Notes: a model not told the origin generated them from the letters alone. A stretch of DNA of 63,495 nucleotides, filler included, from Chrysochromulina tobinii (GCA_001275005.1; 9 parts of 9 records of this genome joined end to end with filler, not necessarily neighbours in it), one strand, 5' to 3'. Positions 30,143 to 42,200 are shown, counted from the first letter of the whole stretch. Translations and numbers: made by a program.

Positions 30143-30252
30143 GGCGTCAGCAGCGGAGGCGGCCGTGTCGGAAGAGGCTGCGTCGGAGGAGGCTGCGGCG
30201 TCAGCAGCGGAGGCGGCCGTGTCGGAAGAGGCTGCGTCGGAGGAGGCTGCGG
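30143..30252. repeat. 54-bp tandem duplication
   Basis: GGCGTCAGCAGCGGAGGCGGCCGTGTCGGAAGAGGCTGCGTCGGAGGAGGCTGC occurs twice. Confidence 0.9.
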
Positions 30253-30292
30253 CGGCTCTGTGAGGCGACCGCTCTCATTGTGCCGCTCAAAA

Positions 30293-30574
30293 GCAAACGC
30301 ATGGAAAACGCTCGAGCGACGGTCGGCTGACGCTCGCGCCACGGATTGGGATTGCCGCGCAGCCCGCGGCAAACGCATGGAAAACGCTCGAGCGACGGTC
30401 GGCTGACGCTCGCGCCACGGATGGGGATTGCCGCGCAGCCCGCGGCAAACGCATGGAAAACGCTCGAGCGACGGTCGGCTGACGCTCGCGCCACGGATGG
30501 GGGGGGTTTAGGGATGCCGCGCGGCCCGCGGCAAACGCATGGAAGACGCTCGAGCGACGGTCGGCTGACGCTCG
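30293..30574. repeat. 76-bp minisatellite, about 3.6 units
   Basis: GCAAACGCATGGAAAACGCTCGAGCGACGGTCGGCTGACGCTCG... starting at 30293, 30369, 30445 and 30531. Confidence 0.92.
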
Positions 30575-30778
30575 GACCGGGGCGACGGCGATTGATGCCG
30601 CGCGATGCGCGCCGCCGCGCAGCGTTTGCATCAACCGTCTGAGAATCGTTGCCGAACCGTCTTCCGAACTTCGCGTTTGTGCAAGAAATTTGCAAACGGT
30701 CAGTTTGATTGTTAAGCTTACTTATTTCAGTCAAACTGTTAGGAAACACTCGTCAAACTTTTTTGCTGTGTACACACG

Positions 30779-32230
30779 ATGCAGCGGAGGCTGCTTGCGC
30801 CGCTGCTCATGACGTTATTGGTCGCCCCTTCAGACTCCACTGGCGCGGCGCGACAGCGCAACGCCGACGGTTGCGCAAGCAGCTTTGCGGAGCTCCATCC
30901 TCCTTGGTCGTGCCGCTTTGGTTCAGCACTTCGATTACCAAGCGTCCTGGTGCCGCTTGATGCTGCTGGGTGCACGACCAAGCCAGCTGACCGGTGTTCA
31001 TCGCGCAGTGGCAACTGGTCGCTGGCGAGCGTGCCGCCACCGCGACTCTACGTTGCCATCACGACCATTCCGCCTCGGGCGGGGCCACCGCTCCAACACG
31101 CGGTGGACAGCATCTTCAAGCAGCGTCGGCTCCCTGATAAGCTGATCGTGTCCGCTTCGGAACGGTACAAGCGCTTCGGTGACGCGAATGTCGATCTTGC
31201 ATCGCTGCGCGCAGATGACGGCCTTCATCCGAATCTCTTCGAGACGCGGTTGAAGCGATTGTCTTCGTGCGAGGATCTGGGTCCGGGCACGAAGCTCCTG
31301 TGTGCGCTGCCGGTGCTGCGAAGTTTGGCTGCCGCAGAGCCTGACGGCCGCCGCGCCTTTGTCGTGCTGCTCGACGACGACCTTCGCTACCGCCGCTTTG
31401 CGCTCCAATGGCTCGAGCTAGCCATCCAGAGCGACGGTCGTGGGGAGCGCAGAGCTCTCTCATATGACGTGTACACCCTGACTCCCGAGGGTCATGCCGT
31501 GTTGGGAGGGCTGTATCCCGGGCTGCTGGTCGGCGCGGGCCATGCACTCTTCGCCTTCGAGGTGCGCCTCCTCGATGGCATCGAGGCGTTCTTTCAGTGC
31601 GTGCGTGCGCTCGAGCCTCGTGCAACGTACCATGATGACGTCGTCATCTCGATGTTCCTTCAGGACGTGCGTGGGGAGCAGATCTATCGCATCGGCGGGA
31701 CTGCCTGGGAGTTCGCGGCGAAGACGTTCCCCGACGTCCACGAGACCACTGTCTCGTTCCTCTCCAAGGGTGCCCTCCTTTCCCTAGGTAACTCCGCCGC
31801 CGAGGCAGCAGCTGCCACCACAAAGGTCACAAGAAAGGATGCCGTCGTTAGCCTGGCCAATGTCTCCTTGGTGGCTACCGGTACCATCCGGGGGCGCCGT
31901 GCGAAGGCTCATAATAAGCGAAAGGACACGGCGGATGATAGCACGAGCACAGGCACAAGCACGGACACGAGCGCGGCCGATGCGGCGGCGCTCTCCATGC
32001 TTGACGGCGGGCAGGCGGCGCTTGCTCTCGCAGGCAACGGCACCTCCGTGAGCGAGGCGCGTAAGGCCTACTTTTCCCGCCGAGCCGTCAATCTGGCCAT
32101 GGGCGCCGTGCGCGCTCGTATCCTCGAGAATGGACTTTGCGGTGTGGCCAAGGGCGCGCCGGCGTGCGTGGGCGCGTGGTGCAAGTCGAAGGACTGGGGC
32201 GGCTACACGAAAAGAGCGGCCTCAAGTTGA
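30779..32230 (+). CDS. Secreted or membrane GT-A-fold (GT2-like) glycosyltransferase
   Basis: Signal peptide; VAITTIPPR, SIFKQRRLPDKLIV, EDLGPGTKLL, VLLDDD (DXD) and HDDVVIS motifs. Confidence 0.75.
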   Translation: MQRRLLAPLLMTLLVAPSDSTGAARQRNADGCASSFAELHPPWSCRFGSALRLPSVLVPLDAAGCTTKPADRCSSRSGNWSLASVPPPRLYVAITTIPPRAGPPLQHAVDSIFKQRRLPDKLIVSASERYKRFGDANVDLASLRADDGLHPNLFETRLKRLSSCEDLGPGTKLLCALPVLRSLAAAEPDGRRAFVVLLDDDLRYRRFALQWLELAIQSDGRGERRALSYDVYTLTPEGHAVLGGLYPGLLVGAGHALFAFEVRLLDGIEAFFQCVRALEPRATYHDDVVISMFLQDVRGEQIYRIGGTAWEFAAKTFPDVHETTVSFLSKGALLSLGNSAAEAAAATTKVTRKDAVVSLANVSLVATGTIRGRRAKAHNKRKDTADDSTSTGTSTDTSAADAAALSMLDGGQAALALAGNGTSVSEARKAYFSRRAVNLAMGAVRARILENGLCGVAKGAPACVGAWCKSKDWGGYTKRAASS

Positions 32231-32584
32231 CTACAACTACCACCGTGTTGAAGATGACCAATGTCGGCGATGTCGAATGTGCGGGGCGCGGGGCGGGTTG
32301 GGCGGGGGTTGGGGTAGAAAGTGAGGTGCACTGATCTCACCCGAACCGCGACAGAGGACTACGGTGTCACTCTAAGTCGAGTGTGTACGGCGTATCTCTC
32401 TAACTCTATGTAAGTCGCGTCGGAGCCACGGTGCCGACGGAGGGCTGGCGTTGTAGCAATGCGTTGTAGTGAAAATTCTCCATCGGATATGACATCTATC
32501 ATACATGTATCGATCTATCGGGCGCACTATAACTAGGCTAGTAGAAACATGCCCTGCACTACACGTACATACTTTCGGAAAACC

Positions 32585-33151
32585 TCAGAGCTCGTCTCGG
32601 TCTTTCTCGTTCTGCGCCTGCGGGCATACCTCTTCCTTTGCCCACGCGACCAGCTTCTCGACAGTGAAGTTGCTATAGCCAGTCAGCATAGTCTGAGGCT
32701 GTGGGATGAAAGACTCGAGCAAAAAGTGTGCGATGAAGGGCACGTCCATGCGCGTCTGCCGCTCGCGCAGCTTGGGCGCTCCCTTCTTGGCGTTTGCCTG
32801 GTCTTCGTGAAAATTCCTGTGGATGTACGATGCCTGATCATCTGCTTGTACATCTATGTATCGCAACCTCCCAGGCTGGAGGCACTTGAAGGAGTGTGCG
32901 CTCTTTTGCACGGCCTTCATGCTTGCCTCGTAGCTCGCCATTTTCTTGTCCATGTAGGCAACCACGCCGCCGCCGGTGAGCATCTCGAAGCCGTCTGGTT
33001 TGGCAAGCGCAGGCAGGTCGCGGTGGTAGAATTCACTCGTCAGCTCGGTGAAAAGATTCGTCGGCTTCTTCTTCTTCTTCTTGCCAGCGAGCGCCCCAGG
33101 CGGCGCTGCCAACAACAGCGTCGCGAGTACGAGTAAGCTCGGCCGACGCAT
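32585..33151 (-). CDS. ER-luminal protein (signal peptide, C-terminal RDEL), possibly thioredoxin-like fold
   Basis: MRRPSLLVLATLLLAAPPGALA...EKDRDEL-stop. Confidence 0.75.
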   Translation of the reverse strand: MRRPSLLVLATLLLAAPPGALAGKKKKKKPTNLFTELTSEFYHRDLPALAKPDGFEMLTGGGVVAYMDKKMASYEASMKAVQKSAHSFKCLQPGRLRYIDVQADDQASYIHRNFHEDQANAKKGAPKLRERQTRMDVPFIAHFLLESFIPQPQTMLTGYSNFTVEKLVAWAKEEVCPQAQNEKDRDEL

Positions 33152-33256
33152 GTGAACGTGTGAACGAGCCGCAGGTTGGTGACTGTGAACATAGTTTGAA
33201 GTGAAGAGACCTAGTGTATACCGTATACTGATGAGTGCGACTCGTCTCGCTCGAGC

Positions 33257-35513
33257 TCACTCATCAAGAGACCCATCGCCTGCCGGCCTTGCGACGAGTT
33301 GGGCGAACCGCTCCGCCACCTCGAGAAGTGAGTCGTCGATAGGCAGCGCTCGCGCCAACGGGAGCAGCTGTGAAAGGGTCGGTCGCGCTGTATCGGGCGT
33401 ACTGCCCGCCGCGGGCGGCTGCATGGCTCCCATGGTCTGGTGGCAAAGCTGCGTGACCGCCTCCCGGAGCCTCGAGGCGATGGGCGTGTCTCCTCCGGGT
33501 TTGTGTGACAGCTCTGGTGGAGCCGTCCAGCTGAGTCGCATCAGCAGTTCCGCGAGCTGCTGCTCGTCGCGCTGGGCCGAGCCTGCGCCTCCACCTACCG
33601 CCCCTGACACGTACCTCCGGGCTGACGGCGCCGCTCCCTTCCGAGGTGACGGCGCGCCGGCGCCGGTGCCGGCCCCGGGAGGAGATGGAGCACTCTGGCG
33701 CAGTACCGCGTGCACGAGCGCGATCTCACTCGTCGAGAGTGTACGGAGCGAGGGCTGTTCACAGAAGGTCCAGCGCTTGTGTGAGCTCGCAATCAAAGTA
33801 CAATCAGGAGGTGCAATCAGAGGGGGAGATGTCCACCTGCTCAGAGTAAGTCTCAATAGCACTCAATCGCATTCCGTCGCACTCCGTCGCACTCAGTCGC
33901 ACTCACCTGCTCAGAGTAAGTCCAGAGCATCGGGTCGCTCAGCCACTGCGAGTACAGAAGCGACGGGTTCTCGAGCGCGAGGAGCTTGCGCCAGCGCTGC
34001 AGCCGACTGCCACCCCCCAGGCCGCCGCCTGCGCCTATGCCGCCAGCGCCTTCCTGAGTTGGTTCCCCTAGAGGCATCTCCCCTTCGAGCTCCGCATCTC
34101 CGCACCGAGCTCGCTTCTCACCATCGAGCTCCGCAGGCTCGATGTGGACAATCGCCCCACCGCCGCTGCGAAGCATGCGCTCAGCAAGCTGCCCGCGCAC
34201 CGTGCCAAAGGCGCTCGCCTTCTTCGAGAGGCCCTTGCCTTTTAAGGAACGACCGAGCTTCTCTTTGAGCCCTCCCATCAGCCCGCGCCCAGCAGACCAG
34301 CCGATGCTCTTATCGACCGCCTCGACGACCACCATCGTGATCGCGTGGTGCAACTCCACGCGCTCGGTGGCGAATAGGGTGTCGAGGAGGCGAACGAAGA
34401 TGTGAATCCGTGCTTCGTCAAGGCGAGGCACATCCTTGCGAAAGTGCACGGGAACGAGGTAGCTGCTTTGTGTGCCGAAACCGTCGTGCTGGGCGAGCCC
34501 TCGGAGGGCGTCGGCGAGGAGGAGCACCTGATGAGGATGGCAATCAGAGAGGCCCTCAGATGAGGGAGGCAATCACACATGAAATGAGGGAGGCGATCGC
34601 GTGCCATCACCTCAAAGCCGTCGGTAGGGGCGAGGGCGAGGGCGTCGAGCAGAGGCTTGAGCGCTCCTGCCTCGGTGACAAGGCGCCGGCTGATGGCGGA
34701 GGCACTCGACTGAGTGAGCATGCCCAGTAGCCGGAGGGCGAGCACGCCACGGTACGTGAAGACCACGCGTCCCTCCACGCGCTCAGTCCAGCCGTTGAAG
34801 AGTCCCACAGCAATCTCGGCCCGGGCTGCCAGAGCTCGTGCGCACGCTTCCGAAGACTCGAGACCGCCCGCGGCCGCGAGGTTGACGAGGAGCTCGAGCG
34901 CGAGCGACGGGCAGCGCGACGAGGCATACGCCGAATACAAGGGCTGCGCGAGCACCGCACACGTCACCTCGAGGCCATTCTCGTGGATGACGGCCTTCAT
35001 CAGCGCGTTCCGAGAGGCGAGGCAGTTCTCATCGGTGAGCGCGACGAGTAGCTCGAGGGCCTCCTCCGCCGTGTCGATACTGGCGGCGCCGCGCGCCAGA
35101 GCACCTTCGACGACTTTGAGCGCAAGCGCCACGCCGCCCGCCTCACGAATGGCCAGCCTGTTCTTGCCATTCTCGTCGCGAGCCACCGTCGCCAGCGCGC
35201 AGAGCGCGCTTTCGCCGAGGTCCACCTGATTCTCATCGCTTGCATGCTGGACTGCGCTGGCCGCAAGAATGAGCGGCGGGATCGCACCTGCCTCGCGTGC
35301 CGCCTCCTTGGCTGTCAGCAGCGCCTGTTTGGACGCAAAAGCCAGAAAGTCTTGCAGGGCCTTCGCAGCGTCCGTGCGCGTCGCGACTGCGTTTGGCGGT
35401 TTGAGCTTGGCAACGAGCTCATTGCACACGGTCAGCGCTCGGTGATGCGCGTCACGGTCGGGAACACTCAAGGGAGGGACCAAGTGTCGAGCCATCTGTT
35501 GTGCTCCTGACAT
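33257..35513 (-). CDS. Armadillo-repeat protein, three predicted exons
   Basis: REAGAIPPLI, AIREAGGVALAL and TEAGALKPLL ARM motifs; phase-0 introns 34528-34610 and 33755-33906 join the three track ORFs in frame. Confidence 0.7.
33755..33906 (-). other. Repeat-filled intron with internal copy of its own 5' junction
   Basis: GT..AG; GACTTACTCTGAGCAGGTG is repeated 70 bp inside; the 3' end is a degenerate copy of the exon end (WTYSEQ versus WTFCEQ). Confidence 0.7.
34528..34610 (-). other. Repeat-type intron ending CCTCATCAG
   Basis: GT..AG, GATTGCCTCCCTCAT units, restores frame. Confidence 0.75.
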
Positions 35514-35869
35514 TTTCTCGCTACGATTGTGTTCATGTTAATACACACAACACGTACAGTAAGCAGCACAGCCGTGTTCACATCTACCGGTATTTCACAC
35601 GAGCGAACCAGATTACAAGTGTAACACTCAATAATATTAGCCATGTTGGACTCCGGCGTGGTAACACGCCTCCTGCGCGCAGCCTTGCTTGCTGAGTGCA
35701 TTTTCGCTTGGCTAAGGGTCCCTACCGGTACCAAACCAAACAAGCTACCGTACCTGCTGCTCGTTCGCAGCGTGTGCGCCATGTTGTGCGTTGTGATGTG
35801 CGAGTTGCGACGGGCTTCCAAATTTGGCTGGGGCTGCTTGCTATTGCCCACGGTCCAGCGCTACATAGT

Positions 35870-37660
35870 TTAGTTCCAGCCGCCGGTCCAGCGCCCGGTG
35901 GCGTTCGACTCCCGTAAATGTGTGTACCAGCCAGAGACGTTGGGCTGCCAGCCAATTCGACGGCTCGTCTGCAAGCCATCCAAGTTGAGTCGCAGAGTGG
36001 ATGTTAGCCTCGGCGCAGACGAAGGACTCGAAATAGGGGCGTTCACATTCTCAACAGTCGATAGACGCATGAATGCGTCGCATACTGGAGAGAAGGTGGA
36101 AGCGTCATTCACAGCGCTATGCACGGAGAAGCTGATACACTCGGGGTATGCCTCGGGAGAGGCAGGCAAGGTGGGGAAGCTATCCTGAGATCGGCGATGG
36201 CTGCATCGTGCAAAGCCAAAGACGTTACGTGGATCGCATACGATGAACCCAGCACGGTCAGAGGACGAGGATGAGCCTACTGGTATTAAGCGCGCGGTCT
36301 CCATGCTGTTCGCAATCGCAACGTTGGATGCATCTTTGCACGTAGCGCTAGGATTGATCGATTCGTTCAGCGTAGCGTCAGCACGCACGACAAGTAGCTG
36401 GTCATATCGTCGTGCGACGTGGCAAAGCTGCTCGTCCCATGCTGCGCGTACATCAAAGACATGTTGCGCCAGAGTCAGGTTGCCGAGAGCCGAGGTATTC
36501 ACAAAGCGCATGCTCACCATCGGCGTGCCGGCGAATGCATTGTAAATCGAGTGAACCACTGTTGAACGGGAGGCGGCGGCGTGGCCTTCTGAATGCTGGT
36601 GGGGATCTTGTGAATCGTCGACAAAAACCGTAGCATGTACGTCCGTGCCGTTCGAAGTGATCAGTCTTCTCAGGCCCGCCCATCCCTCCCGAACTTGCCA
36701 CCAAGAGCCAGATACAACAACCAGCAACTTGGGCTTGAAATAAACAGCAGCCTTAGATGTGGCATTCGAGTCGGCGGTATTCGCCCAATCGGATATGCGT
36801 ACGTGAGCCTGTTTGCCAGTGCCGTGCAAGTATGACGTGACATGCTTCGTATCCTGAACAAACCACCCCGTACCGCGCATCCCCCGTACTTCCTGTACGG
36901 GGGGTGCGAAGCAGTTTAGGATCTTTGGAAAGCCGTGACGTCCGCATAGCGCAGACGTTACAAAAAAGTCAATGCAGCAAATGAAGCAGCGAGGGAGGAG
37001 CAGCGTGGCTGCGATCACCAGACGGACGGCGTGAGGCGTGAAGTAAACGGAGTGTACCGCCATGAAGCGGCCAACTTCGCCGAGCCACAGTACGCCGCGA
37101 CGTGCGTCGACGGCGTGCATTCTTTCGGCCATAAAACCCCATGCCACCTGGGATGCATTAAAGGACCATGGGAAAGCGGCATCATCCTCAAAGACTGCCA
37201 TACTGACGTCGGTGCCGGCAATGTGCCGCCATGCGTCGAGGTGAGCAAGCTTGTTATTATGGTTGCTCAGATCTGATGGGCAACCGCTGATGTTGCCGAA
37301 AACGCCAGGCACCCACACAATGCTGGCAAACCCGGCACGCCGTAGCTGAGCACTGGCTGTGTCGAAGCGTTCGCGTGTCCCAGAGATGACAAGGGCGATA
37401 GAGCGCAGCGTCGGCACCGGCCACAGCGGCATCGGAGGTGGCATTGGGGGCGGGACCGCGCCGCGTTTCCATAACCAATCGTGACGCAGCTGCCTCCCAT
37501 GCATGGCAGGTGCGGAGGAAGCCGCTTCCGGGCTCGTGAGCATTCGCGCGCCCCGAGAAACCCCACAGAAATTTATGTAGCGCGTACGGGGTACATACAC
37601 ACCGCCCAAATGAGGTTCCGCTGTATGTTCCAAAAAAACCTCGTGCGTTTTCGGATCCAC
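35870..37660 (-). CDS. Putative two-domain glycosyltransferase-like protein (N-terminal GT25-like)
   Basis: 596-aa ORF; LAHLDAWRHIA...AVFEDDA (GT25-like); second module LLVVVSG...YDQLLVVRAD. Start uncertain. Confidence 0.55.
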   Translation of the reverse strand: MDPKTHEVFLEHTAEPHLGGVYVPRTRYINFCGVSRGARMLTSPEAASSAPAMHGRQLRHDWLWKRGAVPPPMPPPMPLWPVPTLRSIALVISGTRERFDTASAQLRRAGFASIVWVPGVFGNISGCPSDLSNHNNKLAHLDAWRHIAGTDVSMAVFEDDAAFPWSFNASQVAWGFMAERMHAVDARRGVLWLGEVGRFMAVHSVYFTPHAVRLVIAATLLLPRCFICCIDFFVTSALCGRHGFPKILNCFAPPVQEVRGMRGTGWFVQDTKHVTSYLHGTGKQAHVRISDWANTADSNATSKAAVYFKPKLLVVVSGSWWQVREGWAGLRRLITSNGTDVHATVFVDDSQDPHQHSEGHAAASRSTVVHSIYNAFAGTPMVSMRFVNTSALGNLTLAQHVFDVRAAWDEQLCHVARRYDQLLVVRADATLNESINPSATCKDASNVAIANSMETARLIPVGSSSSSDRAGFIVCDPRNVFGFARCSHRRSQDSFPTLPASPEAYPECISFSVHSAVNDASTFSPVCDAFMRLSTVENVNAPISSPSSAPRLTSTLRLNLDGLQTSRRIGWQPNVSGWYTHLRESNATGRWTGGWN

Positions 37661-37870
37661 TTCAGCCTTTTTGCGGACTTTGTTACGGGGTGCTGCTCAT
37701 CCTCTCGACGCGGCGACTCAGGCTGGATCAGTTGGCCATTCTGTGAGCCACACCTTCAGTTGGCCATTCTGTGAGCCACACCTTCCTACCGGATCTTGCA
37801 GCGCGGCGCTCTGCGCGCCGCGCAGCTCGCTCGTCTAGTCAATCGTAAAGAAGCAAAACCGCCAATCGCC

Positions 37871-38651
37871 ATGGACCGATCGCCGCAGCAACTCTCTATT
37901 TTCTTTCACACGAACTTCAAGGTTGCGCCTGCGCCGGAAGATTTCAGGGTCACCGTGAGCTGGTGGTGGACTCGACACTGGCTCAGAGACACTGGCTTGA
38001 CGCTAAGGCGGACCTGAGAAGGGTCGGTCTGCTCGCAGTCCCGTTTCGGCAGCAGAAACAAAAGCCCATCCCAATCCAATTTGCAACCACCCAACAATTC
38101 AGCTGGATCCTGGAGTCGGCAGGCGAAGGGCAGCGTGAACCGTTCGTCCTCCTAGACACGGATACGATGATTCAATGCACGGCGAAGGAGTTCCTCGAGC
38201 GGTGGCGTACGTTTCAGGCACACTGGTGATTGGCACTGAGCTGGAGTGGAACCCAAAGCCAGCATACCAACATGACCCTTGGCCACCTACCCCATCGATG
38301 CTGCGCTATCCAAACTCGGGCGTCGTGATGGGCACGAGAGCGTCATTCGCGCGGATACGAGACATCCAACGAGCGCAGTTCTCCAAGTTTCCGTGCTGCT
38401 CTCGTGTTATTCGTGTCGACGCAACCCCCTGGTGCGTCGTCGAGGCGCAGCTCTGCACGCAATCAGCGCTACAGAATGGTACCTTCGACCCGATCACTCA
38501 CGAGCTCATAAGCAGCGTCGACTATAAGCTTGATCACAACGCGACGCTGTTCCTGTCTTTGCACAAGATGAACATGAGCGACCTTGAGCAGCTCCCCAAC
38601 GGCAAGTTCATGTTTCGCCGTACTGGCACGGTGCCGTGCGTCTTGCACACC
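37871..38651 (+). pseudogene. PLOD-type GT-A glycosyltransferase-like gene with two frameshifts, truncated
   Basis: FVLLDTDTMIQC, LVIGTELEWNP, LRYPNSGVVMG, YKLDHNATLFLS and PCVLH are spread over three frames. Confidence 0.55.
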
Positions 38652-38751
38652 NNNNNNNNNNNNNNNNNNNNNNNNNNNNNNNNNNNNNNNNNNNNTTAAT
38701 TAATTAANNNNNNNNNNNNNNNNNNNNNNNNNNNNNNNNNNNNNNNNNNNN

Positions 38752-39110
38752 TGCGGAGGAGCGAGTGCGCTCGTGGGTCGAGACACGCATCCTGCGTGGG
38801 GTGCTCGCCGCCTCCGACCTGCCTTCTCAGGTGAGTGCCATGATTGCCTTGATTGCCTTCACAGGTGAGTGCCTTGATTGCCTTGATTGCCTTCACAGGC
38901 GAGTGCCTTGATTGCCTTGATTGCCTCTGAGGGCCTCCCTGACTGCGTCTCCGATGGCGTCCGTCATCAGGTGAGCGCCATGGTGACCGAGGTGTCCGCA
39001 CAGAAGCTCGCCCACGAGAGACTCGCAGCTCGACTCGAGCTCGCTGAGCGCCGAGGTTCGTCAGCACGTCAGCAGCTGTGCGCGCTCCGCGAGACGCTTC
39101 GGGCCGCTGA
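38752..39110 (+). repeat. Displaced duplicate of 40288-40578 (exon-intron-exon), ending in an A-run
   Basis: Near-identical (2 substitutions seen) except for 68 extra intronic bases; intron 38831-38970. Confidence 0.92.
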
Positions 39111-39123
39111 AAAAAAAAAAGCG

Positions 39124-39293
39124 GTACGCTGTGATTGCCTCTGATTGGCTCTGATTGGCTCTGATTGCCTCTGATTGCCTCTGATTGCCTCTGATTGCCT
39201 CATTGCCTCTCGCAGCGGTGCGCGAGAGCCTGCTGCTCGCTCTGATGGCCTCGGAGTGCCTCTCTCATTGCGACTGATGGCCTCCTTCATCAG
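39124..39293 (+). other. Repeat-filled intron (CTGATTGCCT)n with 24-bp copy of downstream exon start
   Basis: GTGCGCGAGAGCCTGCTGCTCGCT inside versus GTACGCGAGAGCCTGCTGCTCGCT after CATCAG; 5' boundary uncertain. Confidence 0.65.
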
Positions 39294-42200
39294 GTACGCG
39301 AGAGCCTGCTGCTCGCTGTGGAAGAGGTGCGATTGGCCATCCGGCGGCGCTCGCACAGCGCCCAGCACAGCGCCTCCTCGGCCGCCGCGACTGACGAAGC
39401 GGCGTCCATCGACGGCGCCCATCACGACGCCTCCGCCGCCGGCGACGGTGCGACATCGGAAGCTTCGTGGAACTCTCTCATGGCCACGCCGGCCTCGGGC
39501 CAAGGTTTCGTCAAAACGGCCCCGGGCTCCGAGCGCGGAGGCGCCGTGCTGAGCGGTTCGAGAGCGCCCTCGACCGTTGGCTCCGTCGCCCCCTCGGCTC
39601 CACACGGCGCTCAACGGCCCGCTCAGCACGGCGCTCCGCGGCTCGTCAGCGTGGACGAGGCGGACGGTGCGCTCGGGCTGCTGCGCACGCAGCTCGCTGT
39701 GATAGCCTCGGATTGCCTCTCATTGCCTCTCATTGCGACTGATGGCCTCCTTCATCAGGTGCACTCGGGCTGCTGCGCACGCTGCTCGTGCAGCACAACG
39801 AGCAGTACGGGCGTACCCTGCGAGAGTACGAGATCCTGCTCGCCCAGGCCGAGGCCGATCGTCGTAGGCTCGAGGCCGCCGAGCCTGCGCTCGAGCGGCA
39901 CGCAGTCGGGCGGGCGGTGGCCGAGGCGCAGCTGCGGCTGGTGCAGCGACAGCTCGTCGAGGCGCATGCCGCCCAGGACGGCGCTCTCGCGGTCCAGCTG
40001 CGTGCGGCGGATGAGCGGCTGAGTGTGCTCGGCTCACAGCTGCGTCTGTCGCGTGAGGCGCAGTCGGCGCTGCGTCATCGGCTGGCGGCGACGGCGGCGG
40101 AGGCGGCGCAGCTGCGTCAAAGCCTACAGAGCAGCCTCGAGGCAACCACTGAGAGCAACGAGGGTGGCGCCGAGGGCGGCGGCGGTGGCGGCGGTGGCGG
40201 TGGCGGCGGCGGCGGCGGCGGCGGTGGCGGTGGCGGTGGCGGTGGCGGTGGCGGTGGCGGCGGCGCCGAGGTGGAGTTGCCGTGGGATGCGGAGGAGCGA
40301 GTGCGCTCGTGGGTCGAGACACGCATCCTGCGTGGGGTGCTCGCCGCCTCCGACCTGCCTTCTCAGGTGAGTGCCTTGATTGCCTTGATTGCCTCTGAGG
40401 GCCTCCCTGACTGCGTATCCGATGGCGTCCGTCATCAGGTGAGCGCCATGGTGACCGAGGTGTCCGCACAGAAGCTCGCCCACGAGAGGCTCGCAGCTCG
40501 ACTCGAGCTCGCTGAGCGCCGAGGTTCGTCAGCACGTCAGCAGCTGTGCGCGCTCCGCGAGACGCTTCGGGCCGCTGAGCGCGAGGTGCTTCAGCGACGC
40601 GCGGCGGCGGCGGCTGGGTCAACGGCCGAGGCAGCCGGCACGGAGGCAGAGGAGACGTTACGTGCCGAGCTCGATGCGGCGCGAGCCGCGGCGCATGAGG
40701 CGCGTCGCAAGCAACATGAGGCGGAGGCGATCGCGGCCCAGGCGCGTGCCACTGATTGCCACTGATTGCCACTGAGTGCCACTGAGTGCCACTGATTGCC
40801 ACTGATTGCCACTGATTGCCACTGAGTGCCACTGAGTGCCACTGATTGCCACTGATTGCCACTGAGTGCCACCGAGTGCGATTGAGTGCGATTGAGTGCC
40901 ACTGAGTGCCACTGATTGCGCTCGCGGCGCAGGCGGTGCAAGCGAGCACGGAGCGCGACGAGTTGCGACGCGGCATGGCGGCATGGCAGCAGCAGCTGCT
41001 CAGCTCGAGCGAGCAGCAGCTGCATCGGCAGGAGGAGAAGTTGCGGTCGGCGCACCACGCGGCGCTCTCGGCCCTCCAAGAGAGGCTGCTGCAGGTGCGC
41101 TGACTACGGACTGATTGCGGACTGATTGCGGACTGATTGCGGACTGATTGCGTCCCGATGGCGGACTGATGGCGGACTGATGGCGGACTGATTGCGTCCC
41201 GATGGCGGACCGATGGCGGCCTGATTGCGTCCCGATTGCGTTTGGTGCGTGCAGGAGCGTGCGACCCACGGACTGATTGCACTGATTGCACTGATTGCAC
41301 CGATTGCACTGATTGCGTGCAGGAGCGTGCGACCCACGGGCGAGCAATGCGCCTCGCGCGCCAGCAAGCCTCTGCCGACCTGCAGATGGCGCGCGACGCG
41401 TGGGCGCATGAGAGGCGGGTCGGCGGGCTCGGGCAAGGGGGCGCCGTCTTGGGCGGCGCGGGCGCGTCGTCAGGCTCGCAGACGTCCATCCAGCAGAGCA
41501 TGCAGCAGCTCGCGGCGGAGAATGGCAGGCTGCACGCCGCCGCCGCCGCCTCGCAGCACCGTTACGAGAGCGCTCTCACGGCGTTGCATGCGCGTGACGT
41601 GGCACTCAAGGCGCTCGAGGCGACGCTCGTCGCTCTGCAGGCGAGCACGCCGCCGTTTCCCCACTCGGCGGCGACGCACCCGCCCCCCCCGACCCAGCCC
41701 GGGCCGGCGGCGGTCATGGCACGCCAGCTCGTCAACGCCAAGTTGGCCGAGGCCGACCTGCGCCGTAAGCTGCGCGTCGCCTCGCGGTCCGAGGTCGCGC
41801 TGCGTGACGAGATCGCATCTCGCGACGCTCGGATACGCGAGCTCCGATCTGGCGGCGAGCTCCGATCTGGCGGCGGCCAGGCCGGCGGCGCGGGCGGCGG
41901 CGCGGGCGGCGGCGCGGGGGGTAGCCTCGGTGCGGCAGGCTCGTCTGACTTCGCTCCGCCGCCCGCTCCGTACCTCACCCTCACCGACGCCTATGCGCCC
42001 ACGGAAGCTCATTGGGAGAGTCATTTGAACCCGCGGGGAGGGCTGCGCGCCCAGCTCGCGCGTATGAAGGAGGAGCTCGAGGCGGCGCGTCGGGAACTCG
42101 CCCTCGAGCGTGCGAGCGGCGGCGGTGCGGGCGCCGATGTCGACTGGCAGGGTGTGCAGCTCTCTGATGACCTCTGATGACCTCTGATGACCTCTGATGA

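Noticed and set aside
30293..30574. Regularly spaced repeats resembling a CRISPR array (also 27923-28600, 43602-43915, 49062-49426)
   Set aside because: The intervening sequences are themselves repeated rather than unique spacers; no cas genes; eukaryotic context.
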